Shown in pieces: positions 11,593 through 21,414 of a DNA stretch of 64,000 nt; position 1 is the stretch's first letter, and each line of letters starts with the position of its first letter. The position numbers were made by a program, and so were the translations under genes. The notes beneath the pieces are model-generated. The model worked only from the letters and a program-made list of their open reading frames with translations, ran no database searches and was not told the origin of the DNA. Origin of the DNA: Campylobacteraceae bacterium (GTDB lineage Bacteria > Campylobacterota > Campylobacteria > Campylobacterales > Sulfurovaceae); contig JALUKQ010000187.1 in NCBI GenBank assembly GCA_027056485.1, forward strand, positions 35,073 through 99,072, given 5' to 3'.

Positions 11593-13002
11593 TTGGATTA
11601 TAAAATGAATATTGAAAATATTATAAAAGAAAATCAAGGAGGCACCGTTCTTTTTTTAGGACGTGTCACTAATTTTACGCCAGAAGAACTTACAAATTTT
11701 TTGGAATCCCAAGGTATGAAGTATGCAGATAAATATGTGGGGCAAGAGGTTGCTCTAGTTGTGTTGAGTACCATGATGACCCCTTTAGAGGAAGAGACCT
11801 CTTATGTGTTATATGATGCCAAAGTTCCAGAGTTGCGTTTGGCTCAGTTTGAAGCGTACTATACGACGCATATTAAACCCAACACCTTGATGATGTCACT
11901 TAAACTCTCCAATGACCAAGAGCGTTTAAAACGTCTGCTCAAAAATGAAGCCTTTTCTGATGAGGTTTACTTAAAACTTTTTAAAATGTACAAGTGGGGG
12001 AACGATGGCGTTTATGATAACGATGAGAATCGTGATACAACCATAACCTTTGTAGAGCGTTTTTATAGACCCGATGGCTTTCGTGACCCTGCTATGGTCT
12101 ACTCTCCTATTACGTTGTCCAATATTGCTAGAGATGCCAAAACAGCTGATATATTGGATGCCTTGCTTACCATGCCAAACCATGAGATAAAACAGAGCCG
12201 TAAGGAGGATTTACGTCCTAAGAACTTACGTGAAATAGTGGCACTTAACCCTAACATTTCTCATGAAAGCATACGTTACCTTTTAAGTTTTAATGATGAT
12301 AGAATTAAAAGTTTTTTAGCCTGTAATTCGGCTATTCGTGTAGATGCTCAAGAGCTTATTTTTCAACAAGCCAATGATGTTACCAAGCTTATGCTCACGC
12401 AAAACAATGCTTTGGATGATAAACTTTTTAGAGAACTACTCAAAAGTGACAATGAAATAGTAGAGTCATTGTTAACCTTTCAAAAATTAACAGCTAAACG
12501 ACTGGAATACATTTTAGAGTCAAATCTCTCTGATGAGCTTTTAGCTTTTATGGGTGAAAATGTTCTTATAGAAGAGATAGTTGACTCTTTAATGGGTATC
12601 AATAAGCTTTTAGACTATAAATTGGCTTCTAATCCAGAAGTAAATAGTGACTTACTGGCTAAACTATATGAGACGTATGGAGAAGAGTTTGTGCTTCCTC
12701 TTAGTGCTAACCCAAATACTTCTACTGAACTTTTGACACACTTTTACAAGAGTGGAGATAGAGAAGTTATACAAAATTTAGCTGCCAATCCAAATACCAA
12801 TGCTGAAATTTTAAAAGAGTTGTGCGAGTTGAATGAACATGAGCTAAATCGTGCTTTGGCATTGAACAGTTCGGTAGAGTTGGTCTATTTGGAGCAGTTT
12901 GCATTGGATTCTGAACTGATTATGCTGATGACAAAAAATAAAACATATTTGAAGAGTGTTAACTCTGCACATGTAGGATTGAGAAGTGATGATAGATATT
13001 AA
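11593..13002 (+). CDS. Hypothetical protein with a BRCT-like N-terminus and LRV/HEAT-like helical repeats (start probably ATG 11605)
   Basis: N-terminal TVLFLGR...ELTNFLESQG; repeated A(L/S/A)NPN motifs. Confidence 0.65.
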   Translation: MDYKMNIENIIKENQGGTVLFLGRVTNFTPEELTNFLESQGMKYADKYVGQEVALVVLSTMMTPLEEETSYVLYDAKVPELRLAQFEAYYTTHIKPNTLMMSLKLSNDQERLKRLLKNEAFSDEVYLKLFKMYKWGNDGVYDNDENRDTTITFVERFYRPDGFRDPAMVYSPITLSNIARDAKTADILDALLTMPNHEIKQSRKEDLRPKNLREIVALNPNISHESIRYLLSFNDDRIKSFLACNSAIRVDAQELIFQQANDVTKLMLTQNNALDDKLFRELLKSDNEIVESLLTFQKLTAKRLEYILESNLSDELLAFMGENVLIEEIVDSLMGINKLLDYKLASNPEVNSDLLAKLYETYGEEFVLPLSANPNTSTELLTHFYKSGDREVIQNLAANPNTNAEILKELCELNEHELNRALALNSSVELVYLEQFALDSELIMLMTKNKTYLKSVNSAHVGLRSDDRY

Positions 13003-13336
13003 AACTTTAGAGGTTCAAAAATATGCAGATGTCAAAGATAAAATAGGTAATGGAAAACCGACAATTATTGCTTTTGGTATGAAGCACTGTTACTCTTGTT
13101 TGGCAATGTCAAAGGTTTTTAAGGAGATTTTAGAGGAGCATCCTGAGTATCAAATCTATTCAGTCGATGGACAAAAAGAGCGTTTAATATTACGCGATAA
13201 ATATAAGTTAAAACTCATGCCTGTTCAACTCTTTTTTGATGCTGAGGGGAATGAAGTCTTCCGACATGAAGGGGCATATAAAAAGCCTGTTTTGGAGATT
13301 ATTATGAAAAAATATGGATTTGGAGAGTATGAATGA
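12986..13336 (+). CDS. Thioredoxin family protein
   Basis: CYSC motif; MPVQLFFDAEGNEVFRHEG. Confidence 0.85.
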   Translation: MMIDIKTLEVQKYADVKDKIGNGKPTIIAFGMKHCYSCLAMSKVFKEILEEHPEYQIYSVDGQKERLILRDKYKLKLMPVQLFFDAEGNEVFRHEGAYKKPVLEIIMKKYGFGEYE

Positions 13337-14334
13337 AAGCCGTAAAACTAAGCAAAAGCCTAGAGAAACTAATAGAGAGTCAAATTCCTGTTTTTGTATG
13401 GGGAAGCCCAGGAATAGGGAAGTCTTCTATTATAAAGCAGATAGCTACAGATAAAGGTTTAGAGTTTGTAGATTTACGTCTGTCACTGCTTGACCCTACT
13501 GACCTAAAAGGGATTCCTTTTTTTGATAAAGATAAGCATGAAGCCGTTTGGGCAAGTCCAAACTTTTTACCTAAAAATCCTGACTCAAAAGGGATTTTGT
13601 TTTTAGATGAGATAAATACAGCACCTCCCTCAGTTCAAGCAAGTGCTTATCAGCTGGTGCTTGATAGAAAAGTAGGGGATTATGAGTTACCAAAGGGTTG
13701 GAGCATTGTAGCAGCTGGAAACCATGAGAGTGATAGAGGTGTGGTTTATAGAATGCCACCACCTCTTGCAAACCGTTTTGTTCATTTAAACATGGAAGTG
13801 AGTTTTGAGGACTGGAAAGGGTGGGCGTACAGTAATGGAATAGATAGCTCTATTATTTCATTTTTATACTATGATGAGAGTAAGCTTTTTGATTTTGACC
13901 CCTCTAAAAATAAAAAATCTTTTCCTACTCCAAGGTCATGGGAGTATGTCCATAGAGTTTTAGCTTCAAATATAGAGTCTACTCTACTTATGGAGATTAT
14001 CTCTGGTGCAGTAGGGGGTGAGAGTGCGACTGCTTTTATGAGCTTTAGAAAGGTTATGAGCCGTCTACCTGATATTGAGAAACTACTTAATGGGGAAGCG
14101 ATAGAAGTAGAGCATGATAGTCAAGTTTTATTTGCCCTTATAGCTGGGATTATTTCCAATATTAAAAAAGAGTCAGTAAAAGAGAAGATAGATAATGCTT
14201 TAAAATTCTCTCTTACTCTTCCAAAAGAGTTTTCGGTAATGTTGGTAAAAGATATGCAACAGAACAAGATAAATGTAGAGGCTTCTTCTGTATGGGAAGC
14301 GTGGGTTGAAGAGTTTGCCTACTTGTTGGTGTAA
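13333..14334 (+). CDS. MoxR-like AAA+ ATPase
   Basis: Walker A GSPGIGKS, Walker B LFLDE, AAGN, LANRF, FPTPRSW. Confidence 0.9.
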   Translation: MKAVKLSKSLEKLIESQIPVFVWGSPGIGKSSIIKQIATDKGLEFVDLRLSLLDPTDLKGIPFFDKDKHEAVWASPNFLPKNPDSKGILFLDEINTAPPSVQASAYQLVLDRKVGDYELPKGWSIVAAGNHESDRGVVYRMPPPLANRFVHLNMEVSFEDWKGWAYSNGIDSSIISFLYYDESKLFDFDPSKNKKSFPTPRSWEYVHRVLASNIESTLLMEIISGAVGGESATAFMSFRKVMSRLPDIEKLLNGEAIEVEHDSQVLFALIAGIISNIKKESVKEKIDNALKFSLTLPKEFSVMLVKDMQQNKINVEASSVWEAWVEEFAYLLV

Positions 14335-14337
14335 GGT

Positions 14338-15147
14338 ATGAAGAAAAAATACAGCACAGTCTTAAGCATCGCAGGGAGTGACTCAGGTGGAGGTGCAGGG
14401 ATTCAAGCCGACATTAAAAGCATCTCTGCCAATGGTGGGTATGCAGCCACTGTTATAACAGCCTCTACAGCTCAAAATACCCAAGGTGTAACAGATATCC
14501 ATCCTATGTCAATAGCACATATAGAAGCACAACTAGAAGCCGTATTGTCTGATATAGAGTTTGGAGCAGTAAAAATAGGAATGCTACACTCAGCAGAGGT
14601 TATAGAGATGGTAGAGAGAAAACTTGAAGAGTATGGGGTGAGTAAAATTATTTTAGACCCTGTTATGGTGGCGACCTCTGGTAAAAATTTACTTGCAGAT
14701 GAAGCCATAGAACGGTTAAAGGCTTTTCTTCCAAAGGTTTACCTAGTAACTCCAAACATACCCGAAGCAGAGATTTTACTAGATGAGAAGATTTCAAAAG
14801 AGAACTTAGTAGATTCAGCTAGAAAATTAGTTAAAAAATACAATACATCTGTTCTTCTAAAAGGTGGACACCTAGAAGAGAGTGATGAGATGATAGACAC
14901 ACTCTGTTTAAAAGATGGTTTAGAGTGTATAAGTATAAAAAACAGAGTTATAAAGAGTATAAACACTCATGGAACAGGATGTAGCCTCTCTTCTGCTCTT
15001 GCTACTTATGTGAGTTTAGGCTTTAGCCTAGAGGAGTCTACAAAGAGAGCGTGTTCTTATTTAAACAGAGCGATAGAAGAGGGGAAAGATTACTATTTAG
15101 GTAGAGGGCATGGAGCAGTTCACCATTTTTATGCCTTGAAAGTTTAA
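14338..15147 (+). CDS. thiD: Hydroxymethylpyrimidine/phosphomethylpyrimidine kinase
   Basis: AGSDSGGGAGIQADIK, AQNT, DPVMVATSG, HGTGC. Confidence 0.95.
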   Translation: MKKKYSTVLSIAGSDSGGGAGIQADIKSISANGGYAATVITASTAQNTQGVTDIHPMSIAHIEAQLEAVLSDIEFGAVKIGMLHSAEVIEMVERKLEEYGVSKIILDPVMVATSGKNLLADEAIERLKAFLPKVYLVTPNIPEAEILLDEKISKENLVDSARKLVKKYNTSVLLKGGHLEESDEMIDTLCLKDGLECISIKNRVIKSINTHGTGCSLSSALATYVSLGFSLEESTKRACSYLNRAIEEGKDYYLGRGHGAVHHFYALKV

Positions 15148-15150
15148 GTT

Positions 15151-16284
15151 ATGATACCTCAAGATGTAAAATTAATAAGTAATGAAAAAATAACCAAAGC
15201 CAAAACAAAACTGATGCTTGAAAACCCATACTTTGGAAGTTTAGTTACTTCTATAGAGCTAAGAGTCAATAACAATATAGCCTCTTTTCGCCCTTTGGGT
15301 GATGTGTTAGAGTATAATGATGAGTATTTGGAAGTGCTTGATATTAATGAAGTAAGTACGATTTTAGCCAATGCTGCCATGCATCAGGCTCTGTTTCATA
15401 GTACTAGAGGAAAAGATAAAGTCTCATCGGTGTGGAACTTGGCTTCTGATTATGCTATTAATGACTTATTGGTTGACAATGGCTTTATGCTTCCACCTAT
15501 GGCAAACTATGCTTCACGTTTTAAGATGCTTTATGCTGAACAGATATATCAAATACTCTTAAATGAACTTGATTTGCAAGATAATGATGAAACTTTAGAT
15601 GAGCAAGAAAAGCAGAGTGAAGAGATGGAAGAGCAAGACTTACATGAAGATGCTTTTGAAGAACTTTTAGCACAAGAGGAGTATGAACTTCTACTTGAAC
15701 AGTTAAATGTAAAGCTTGAAAAACATGGTGACTTGCCTAAAGGGATAGAGCGTTTTATAGAGAGTAAAAAAGAGCCTCAAATATCTTGGAGAGATGAGCT
15801 TTACCGTTATGTAAATGCACATGCTAAGAGTGATTATCGAATGTTTCCTCCATCTAAAAAACATTTATATAGAGGCATAGCTCTGCCTTCTATTTATGGA
15901 GAAGAGTTAAAGATAGTAGTGGCTATTGATACTTCTGCTTCGATAGATGATGAGCTTTTAAAAACTTTTTTAGCAGAGCTTTATGAGATAATGCAGATTT
16001 TTACACATTATGTTATTGAGCTTATAGAGTGTGATGCTACCATTCAAAACATACAACGACTCACACCACAAGAGCCACTTGAACCCATGCTTAAAGGAGG
16101 AGGGGGAACAGACTTTCGTCCTGTGTTTGAGTATGTTGAGAATATGAATGAAGATTTTAAATTTTTGATTTATTTTACCGATGGAAAAGGAACTTTTCCA
16201 AAGTATGAACCATTAATAGATGTTTTATGGGTAGTGAATGAACGTTGTGATGTTCCGTTTGGAGAGGTTTTAGAGTTAAATTAA
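15151..16284 (+). CDS. DUF2201-type metallopeptidase-like plus vWA domain protein
   Basis: WNLASDYAIN; acidic linker; MIDAS-like IDTSAS, GGGGTDFRP, YFTDG. Confidence 0.85.
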   Translation: MIPQDVKLISNEKITKAKTKLMLENPYFGSLVTSIELRVNNNIASFRPLGDVLEYNDEYLEVLDINEVSTILANAAMHQALFHSTRGKDKVSSVWNLASDYAINDLLVDNGFMLPPMANYASRFKMLYAEQIYQILLNELDLQDNDETLDEQEKQSEEMEEQDLHEDAFEELLAQEEYELLLEQLNVKLEKHGDLPKGIERFIESKKEPQISWRDELYRYVNAHAKSDYRMFPPSKKHLYRGIALPSIYGEELKIVVAIDTSASIDDELLKTFLAELYEIMQIFTHYVIELIECDATIQNIQRLTPQEPLEPMLKGGGGTDFRPVFEYVENMNEDFKFLIYFTDGKGTFPKYEPLIDVLWVVNERCDVPFGEVLELN

Positions 16285-16291
16285 GAAGTTA

Positions 16292-16315
16292 ACAACAACT
16301 CAAAAGAGTTGTTGT
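16292..16315. terminator. Hairpin between convergent genes
   Basis: ACAACAACTC-AAAA-GAGTTGTTGT perfect 10-bp stem. Confidence 0.7.
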
Positions 16316-16335
16316 CAGGTTAAAAGGGTTAGATA

Positions 16336-17766
16336 TTAAAGAACACCTAAATCTTTAAGAGTTGCAATAGAAAGTCCTGATACTGTAAGACCTTTTTTAG
16401 TTTGGTAAGCTTTAACTGATGCTTTTGTAGCAGCGTCTAACATACCTGTTACTGGAGTTTTGAATCCTGCAGCTGTTAATGCTTTTTGGATTTTAGAGAT
16501 AGTCTCTACAGTCATACTTGACTTACAAAGAACTGGCATCCATTTAACTGACTGATCAGAAACTTTAACTTGTTTAGAAACAGTTTTAAATGTAGCTGGA
16601 ATAACAGTTTTCTTTGTTGTTTCAGGAGTAACAAGTTTTGTTACTTGAACAGTTTTGTATGTTGCTGGAATAGTAATAGTTTTTGAAGTAGCTGGAGTTG
16701 CTACAACTTGCTTAGTTACCACTTTAGATACAGCAGGAATAGTTACTTTACAGATTACTGAAGAAGTTCTTGACATACCTGGTTTTTCCATCATTGAGTC
16801 AGACCATACATATTTTGCATCTGAAATTTTTTGAGTTTTTTCTAATGTTTTATAAGTTGCTGGAATAGCTACAGTTTTTGTAGATGCAGCAGCTGCAAGT
16901 TCATTTGTCTGTACAGTTTTATAAACAGCTGGAATAGTTACAGTTTTTGTTGTCTCAGGAGTAACAATAACTTGCTTGGTCACAGTTTTATATTGAGCTG
17001 GAATATCTACAAGACACATCATCTCTTCAACTGCACAATCTTTATCATTACATTTTGTCTCTTTCCATACTTTTTTAGCAGGTGCAACCATAACTCTTTG
17101 GGTTACATTTTTATATGTAGCTGGAACTTTAACTAGTTTTGTAGATGCAGGAGTTACAAGAATCTTTTTAGTTCCTGGTTTAAATGCAGCAGGTATAGTA
17201 ATGATTTTTGATGAAGGAGCTGATGCTAAAACTTTTTCTGTTGTTGTTTTAAACTGTGGTGCAGCATAAAACTCATAGTAACAAGAACCAGCTTTTGCAG
17301 CTTCTAGATTAATTCCCCCAGCTTTTGCAGATGCTAAAACAGCTGATGAAGCAACTCTTGCTTCTGGGTGAAGACCATTTCTCCACTCTGAGTATGCAGG
17401 TGAAACAGTTACTGTTTTACTCTCTGTTTTATATGTTGCTGGAACAGCTACAATTCTTGTACTAGCTGCAGTATCTAGAACTCTTTCTGTAGCAGTTTTA
17501 TAAGTAGCTGGAACAATAGTTAATTTTGTATCTGCTTGAGTTGCTTGAATTTTTTCAGTTACTGTTTTGTATTGAGCTGGAATAATAACTTTCCCATAAC
17601 ACATACCTGATTTAGCATCTGGTAATGTAAATGAACCATCACTAGTTTTTTGTGCTGCTACAGGAGCAGTATTTGTTTTTGCTTTTGGTGTTGCTGTTTG
17701 AGAACAACCTGTTATCAGTAAAGTTGCAGCTGTAACTGATAATAATAGACTCTTTTTGATTAACAT
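16336..17766 (-). CDS. Repetitive lipoprotein with a C-terminal peptidoglycan-binding domain
   Basis: ATG 17766 after AAAGGA RBS; lipobox ITGC; about 12 PAxYKT repeats; IQKALTAAGF...TKASVKAYQTKKGL. Confidence 0.82.
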   Translation of the reverse strand: MLIKKSLLLSVTAATLLITGCSQTATPKAKTNTAPVAAQKTSDGSFTLPDAKSGMCYGKVIIPAQYKTVTEKIQATQADTKLTIVPATYKTATERVLDTAASTRIVAVPATYKTESKTVTVSPAYSEWRNGLHPEARVASSAVLASAKAGGINLEAAKAGSCYYEFYAAPQFKTTTEKVLASAPSSKIITIPAAFKPGTKKILVTPASTKLVKVPATYKNVTQRVMVAPAKKVWKETKCNDKDCAVEEMMCLVDIPAQYKTVTKQVIVTPETTKTVTIPAVYKTVQTNELAAAASTKTVAIPATYKTLEKTQKISDAKYVWSDSMMEKPGMSRTSSVICKVTIPAVSKVVTKQVVATPATSKTITIPATYKTVQVTKLVTPETTKKTVIPATFKTVSKQVKVSDQSVKWMPVLCKSSMTVETISKIQKALTAAGFKTPVTGMLDAATKASVKAYQTKKGLTVSGLSIATLKDLGVL

Positions 17767-17955
17767 AAATATCCTTTGAAGTTTTAAAATTTTATGGTTA
17801 CTGTATGATATCACAAAATAAATTATTTTTTTATTAAAAAATATAAAAAATTATATTTATTGTATATTAATAAATTAAAACAATTTTATACAAAAAAGTT
17901 ATATTTTTATTGAAAAATTAGGGGATAAAAATAGTATTCTTGATATAATGAAAAG

Positions 17956-19107
17956 ATGAAAAAAGAAGTTAATGTAGCCATTATAGGGGCAGGTGCAAGT
18001 GGATTGATGTTGTCAGCTCTTCTTGAAGAGAATAATATACTTATAATAGATAATAACAGTAAAGTAGGCTCAAAGATATTAATCTCTGGTGGTGGTAAGT
18101 GTAACATTACCAATGGAAAAGTAAAATCGAGTAATTACTTAGGAAATCAACGTTTTATACGAAACATTATTAAACGTTTTGACCAAAATGATTTGTTAAG
18201 TTGGTTTGGATCGAGAGGTTTAAAAACTTTTGTAAGAAAAAATAATCAGTTTTTCTGTGAAAACTCTGCCAAAGATGTAGTAGATATATTAAAAAAAGAG
18301 ATATCTTCAAAAAGTATACAACTTCAAACAGTAGTAATAGATGTGGAAAAAAAATCAGATTTTTTTGAAGTGAAAATATCTAAAGGTACGGTTGTCGCAA
18401 AAAAAGTAGTCGTTGCATCAGGTGGTTTAAGCTTTCCTAAAATTGGTGCGACCTCTATAGGTTATGATATCGCTAAAAGTTTTGACCATACAGTACATAC
18501 GTTGAGTGCTGGTCTAGTTGGTTTTACAGTTCAGCCTGAACAGTTCTTTTTTAAGTCTTTAAGTGGCATAGGTATTGATGTTAAAATTAGTGTTGAGATA
18601 GCAGATAAAAAGAAAGAGATAAATGGAGCTTTACTTTTTGCTCATAAGGGAATCTCTGGACCAGCTGTTTTAGATGCTTCTCTTTATTGGCAAAAAGGAA
18701 AAATAACCATTGATTTTTTACCCTCTTTAAGTATAGATAGTCTAAAATTGTCCAAGAAAAATATAAGCCGTGTTTTGGGACTTCCCAGCCGTGTCGCTAA
18801 AACATTTTTAGAAGCGTTAAATATAGAAGATAAAACTGCTACTAAATTAAGCTCTGATGAGTGGAAAAAAGTAGAAGCGTTAAAGTCCTACAGTTTTGCG
18901 CCAGCTGGTACCTTTGGTTACTCTAAGGCAGAGGTGACAAAAGGTGGTGTATCAACCGATGAGATAGATGCCAGTTCTATGATGAGTAGAAAAGTAGATG
19001 GTCTTTACTTTTTAGGTGAAGTACTAGATGTAACAGGAGAGCTTGGTGGGTATAATTTTCAATGGGCATTCTCTACAGCGTATGTTTGTGCAAACAGTTT
19101 AAATTAA
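17956..19107 (+). CDS. HI0933/BaiN family flavoprotein
   Basis: GAGASG, KILISGGGKCNITN, GEVLDVTGELGGYNFQWA. Confidence 0.93.
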   Translation: MKKEVNVAIIGAGASGLMLSALLEENNILIIDNNSKVGSKILISGGGKCNITNGKVKSSNYLGNQRFIRNIIKRFDQNDLLSWFGSRGLKTFVRKNNQFFCENSAKDVVDILKKEISSKSIQLQTVVIDVEKKSDFFEVKISKGTVVAKKVVVASGGLSFPKIGATSIGYDIAKSFDHTVHTLSAGLVGFTVQPEQFFFKSLSGIGIDVKISVEIADKKKEINGALLFAHKGISGPAVLDASLYWQKGKITIDFLPSLSIDSLKLSKKNISRVLGLPSRVAKTFLEALNIEDKTATKLSSDEWKKVEALKSYSFAPAGTFGYSKAEVTKGGVSTDEIDASSMMSRKVDGLYFLGEVLDVTGELGGYNFQWAFSTAYVCANSLN

Positions 19108-19128
19108 TAGACTTTTTTTAAACAAAAT

Positions 19129-19229
19129 GGTTCGGGTGTAAACACGCCGATTCCTAAATGCAGATGGCATATACGAAACCGATGGCTTTAGCCTCGCTAA
19201 GTCAATGGAATTGGACTTTAGTTCCGAAT
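19129..19229. repeat. Three REP-like palindromes (GGAA-foot, TTTA-centred family)
   Basis: GGAATCGGCGTGTTTACACCCGAA (-), GAAACCGATGGCTTTAGCCTCG (+), GGAATTGGACTTTAGTTCCGA (+). Confidence 0.55.
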
Positions 19230-19264
19230 TTTTTAAGAAGTATAATAAGGATGAAAGTGAATAA

Positions 19265-19987
19265 ATGGCAGTAAAAGAGATAAAGTATAAAGAGCAAGTT
19301 TTTAAACTCTCTTATGAAATAGTAAACCCAAGTGCAACGGATGTTCTCTTGGTTCTTCATGGTTGGGGAAGTAACAAAGAGATAATGAAACAAGCTTTTG
19401 GAAAAGAGTTTCAAACTTACAAGCATGTTTACCTAGATATGCCTGGTTTTGGGGCAAGTTCTAATGAGATGATTTTGACCACCAAAGATTATGCTAAGAT
19501 AGTTCAAAAGTTTTTAGAGATTTTAGACATAAAGCCCAATATTGTTATGGGACACTCCTTTGGTGGAAAAGTATCAACACTGCTTAACCCTCCAACTCTG
19601 GTTCTACTCTCATCTGCTGGTGTGCTAACAGAGAAACCTTGGTCAGTTAAAATAAAAATAGCCACTTTTAAATTTTTAAAACCTTTAGGCATGAAAAAGA
19701 TACGAGAACTTTTTGTAGCACCCGATGCACAAGGCATGAGCCATGAGATGTACGAGACCTTTAAAAATGTGGTCGATGAAGATTTTGAAGCAGAATTTTC
19801 TAAGTCAAAAAGCAGGGCATTGTGTTTTTGGGGAATAGATGACACAGCCACACCACTTTATACTGGTGAAAAAATAGCAGGTTTTATAGAAGATTCTAAG
19901 TTTTACCCACTAGAGGGTGACCACTTTTTCTTTTTGAAACATGCAAAGTTTATAGCAAATAAAATCATAGAAGATAGTAAAGGATAG
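19265..19987 (+). CDS. Alpha/beta hydrolase
   Basis: LHGWG, DMPGFG, GHSFGG, GDHFFF. Confidence 0.9.
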   Translation: MAVKEIKYKEQVFKLSYEIVNPSATDVLLVLHGWGSNKEIMKQAFGKEFQTYKHVYLDMPGFGASSNEMILTTKDYAKIVQKFLEILDIKPNIVMGHSFGGKVSTLLNPPTLVLLSSAGVLTEKPWSVKIKIATFKFLKPLGMKKIRELFVAPDAQGMSHEMYETFKNVVDEDFEAEFSKSKSRALCFWGIDDTATPLYTGEKIAGFIEDSKFYPLEGDHFFFLKHAKFIANKIIEDSKG

Positions 19988-19989
19988 AA

Positions 19990-21414
19990 ATGGAAATAGT
20001 TAATGTATTGAGTAATGTACTTTTTGTCTTGGCATTGGGGTATTACTTCATGACCAACATGCAGTGGTATTCGTATAAGTTAGATAGAGTTTTGTTTCAC
20101 CATACTAAAACTTGGTGGCATTTGGTTTACTTTTTAATACCACTCTTTCTCTATTTTACGGCAAGTCGTGAAAGTGATTTGAGTATAGTGGTGGCTTTGG
20201 CTTACATGGTTGTGTTATATTTTTGGAGAAAAGTGCAAGACAAACCTTTAGTCTTTACCGGGCGTGTTAAACGATTTTTTGCTGCTTTGATATTTTTTAC
20301 ACTCTTTTTAGTACTGTTGAAATATATTGTAAAGTTTGAAATTTTAGTTGTTGTTATTCCTCTTATTTTAGCTTATGCAACATCTGCTATGATGGAGATG
20401 ATGCTCTTTAAAGGTTTTCAAATGAAAGCAGAAAAGAAGTTGGAGTCTATGCCAAACATGGTGGTAGTTGGAATAACAGCATCGTATGGTAAGACCAGTA
20501 TTAAAAACTATGTGGCTCATATCTTATCGGCTAAATACAATGTCTATGCAACGCCACGCTCGGTCAATACCTTTGGTGGGGTACTCAAAGACATTAATGA
20601 TGAGTTACCAGAAAACACAGAAGTATATGTGGTTGAAATGGGAGCAAGAGGAGCAGGGGACATTGCTGAGATAGCAAAGTTTGTAAACCCTCACTTAGCA
20701 GTGGTAGGTAAAATAGGTCCAGCACACATTGAGTACTTTGGAAGTTTAGAAAACATACGAAATACTAAAATGGAAATCCTCTCTTCGGAACGTTTAAAAG
20801 AGGCATGGGTTCATGACTCTGCTATGCTCAATCCTATTAGTCATGTGCATACTTTTGGTAAAGAGGTTTCAGATGTTAAAGCCACACTCGATGGTTTAGA
20901 TTTTGAAATGGATAACGAGCTTTATCATGCAAACATTTTAGGTGCGTTTAATGCTATGAATTTAGGTCTTGCCATTAAAGTAGCCAAAGCTTTAGATGTG
21001 GATGAAGAGAGCATTAAAAAACAGCTAAACTCACTAGAGCCAACGCCACACCGATTACAACGTATGGATGCAGGTGGTAAACTTATTATAGATGATAGCT
21101 TCAACGGTAACATAGATGGTATGATGGAAGGCTTTAACCTGGCTTCTACCTATAAAGGAAGAAAAGTCCTCATAACCCCAGGTTTGGTAGAGGTAGACGA
21201 TGCGTTTAACATAGAAGTAGCAAAAAGAGCAAATGAGGTTTTTGATGTAGTAGTGTTAACAGGTGACCTCAACTACAAAATTTTTCAAGAGAATGTAGAC
21301 GTAAGTAAACTGGTTAAACTGGAAAGCAAAGATAAAATGCAAGAGATGTTAGTGGAGCAGACACAAGCAGGTGATTTAATCTTATTTGCTAATGATGCTC
21401 CTAGTTTTATATAG
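19990..21414 (+). CDS. Mur ligase (MurF-like) with N-terminal membrane segments
   Basis: GITASYGKTS, VVEMGA, IIDDSFNGN; hydrophobic N-terminus as in Campylobacterota. Confidence 0.85.
   Translation: MEIVNVLSNVLFVLALGYYFMTNMQWYSYKLDRVLFHHTKTWWHLVYFLIPLFLYFTASRESDLSIVVALAYMVVLYFWRKVQDKPLVFTGRVKRFFAALIFFTLFLVLLKYIVKFEILVVVIPLILAYATSAMMEMMLFKGFQMKAEKKLESMPNMVVVGITASYGKTSIKNYVAHILSAKYNVYATPRSVNTFGGVLKDINDELPENTEVYVVEMGARGAGDIAEIAKFVNPHLAVVGKIGPAHIEYFGSLENIRNTKMEILSSERLKEAWVHDSAMLNPISHVHTFGKEVSDVKATLDGLDFEMDNELYHANILGAFNAMNLGLAIKVAKALDVDEESIKKQLNSLEPTPHRLQRMDAGGKLIIDDSFNGNIDGMMEGFNLASTYKGRKVLITPGLVEVDDAFNIEVAKRANEVFDVVVLTGDLNYKIFQENVDVSKLVKLESKDKMQEMLVEQTQAGDLILFANDAPSFI

Noticed and set aside
13333-16284. 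Prophage remnant (AAA plus DUF2201 pairs occur in phages)
   Set aside because: No integrase, structural genes or att-like repeats
16560-17590. CRISPR-like periodic DNA repeats (GCTGGAATAG...)
   Set aside because: They are degenerate coding repeats of the lipoprotein, with no spacer structure and no cas genes
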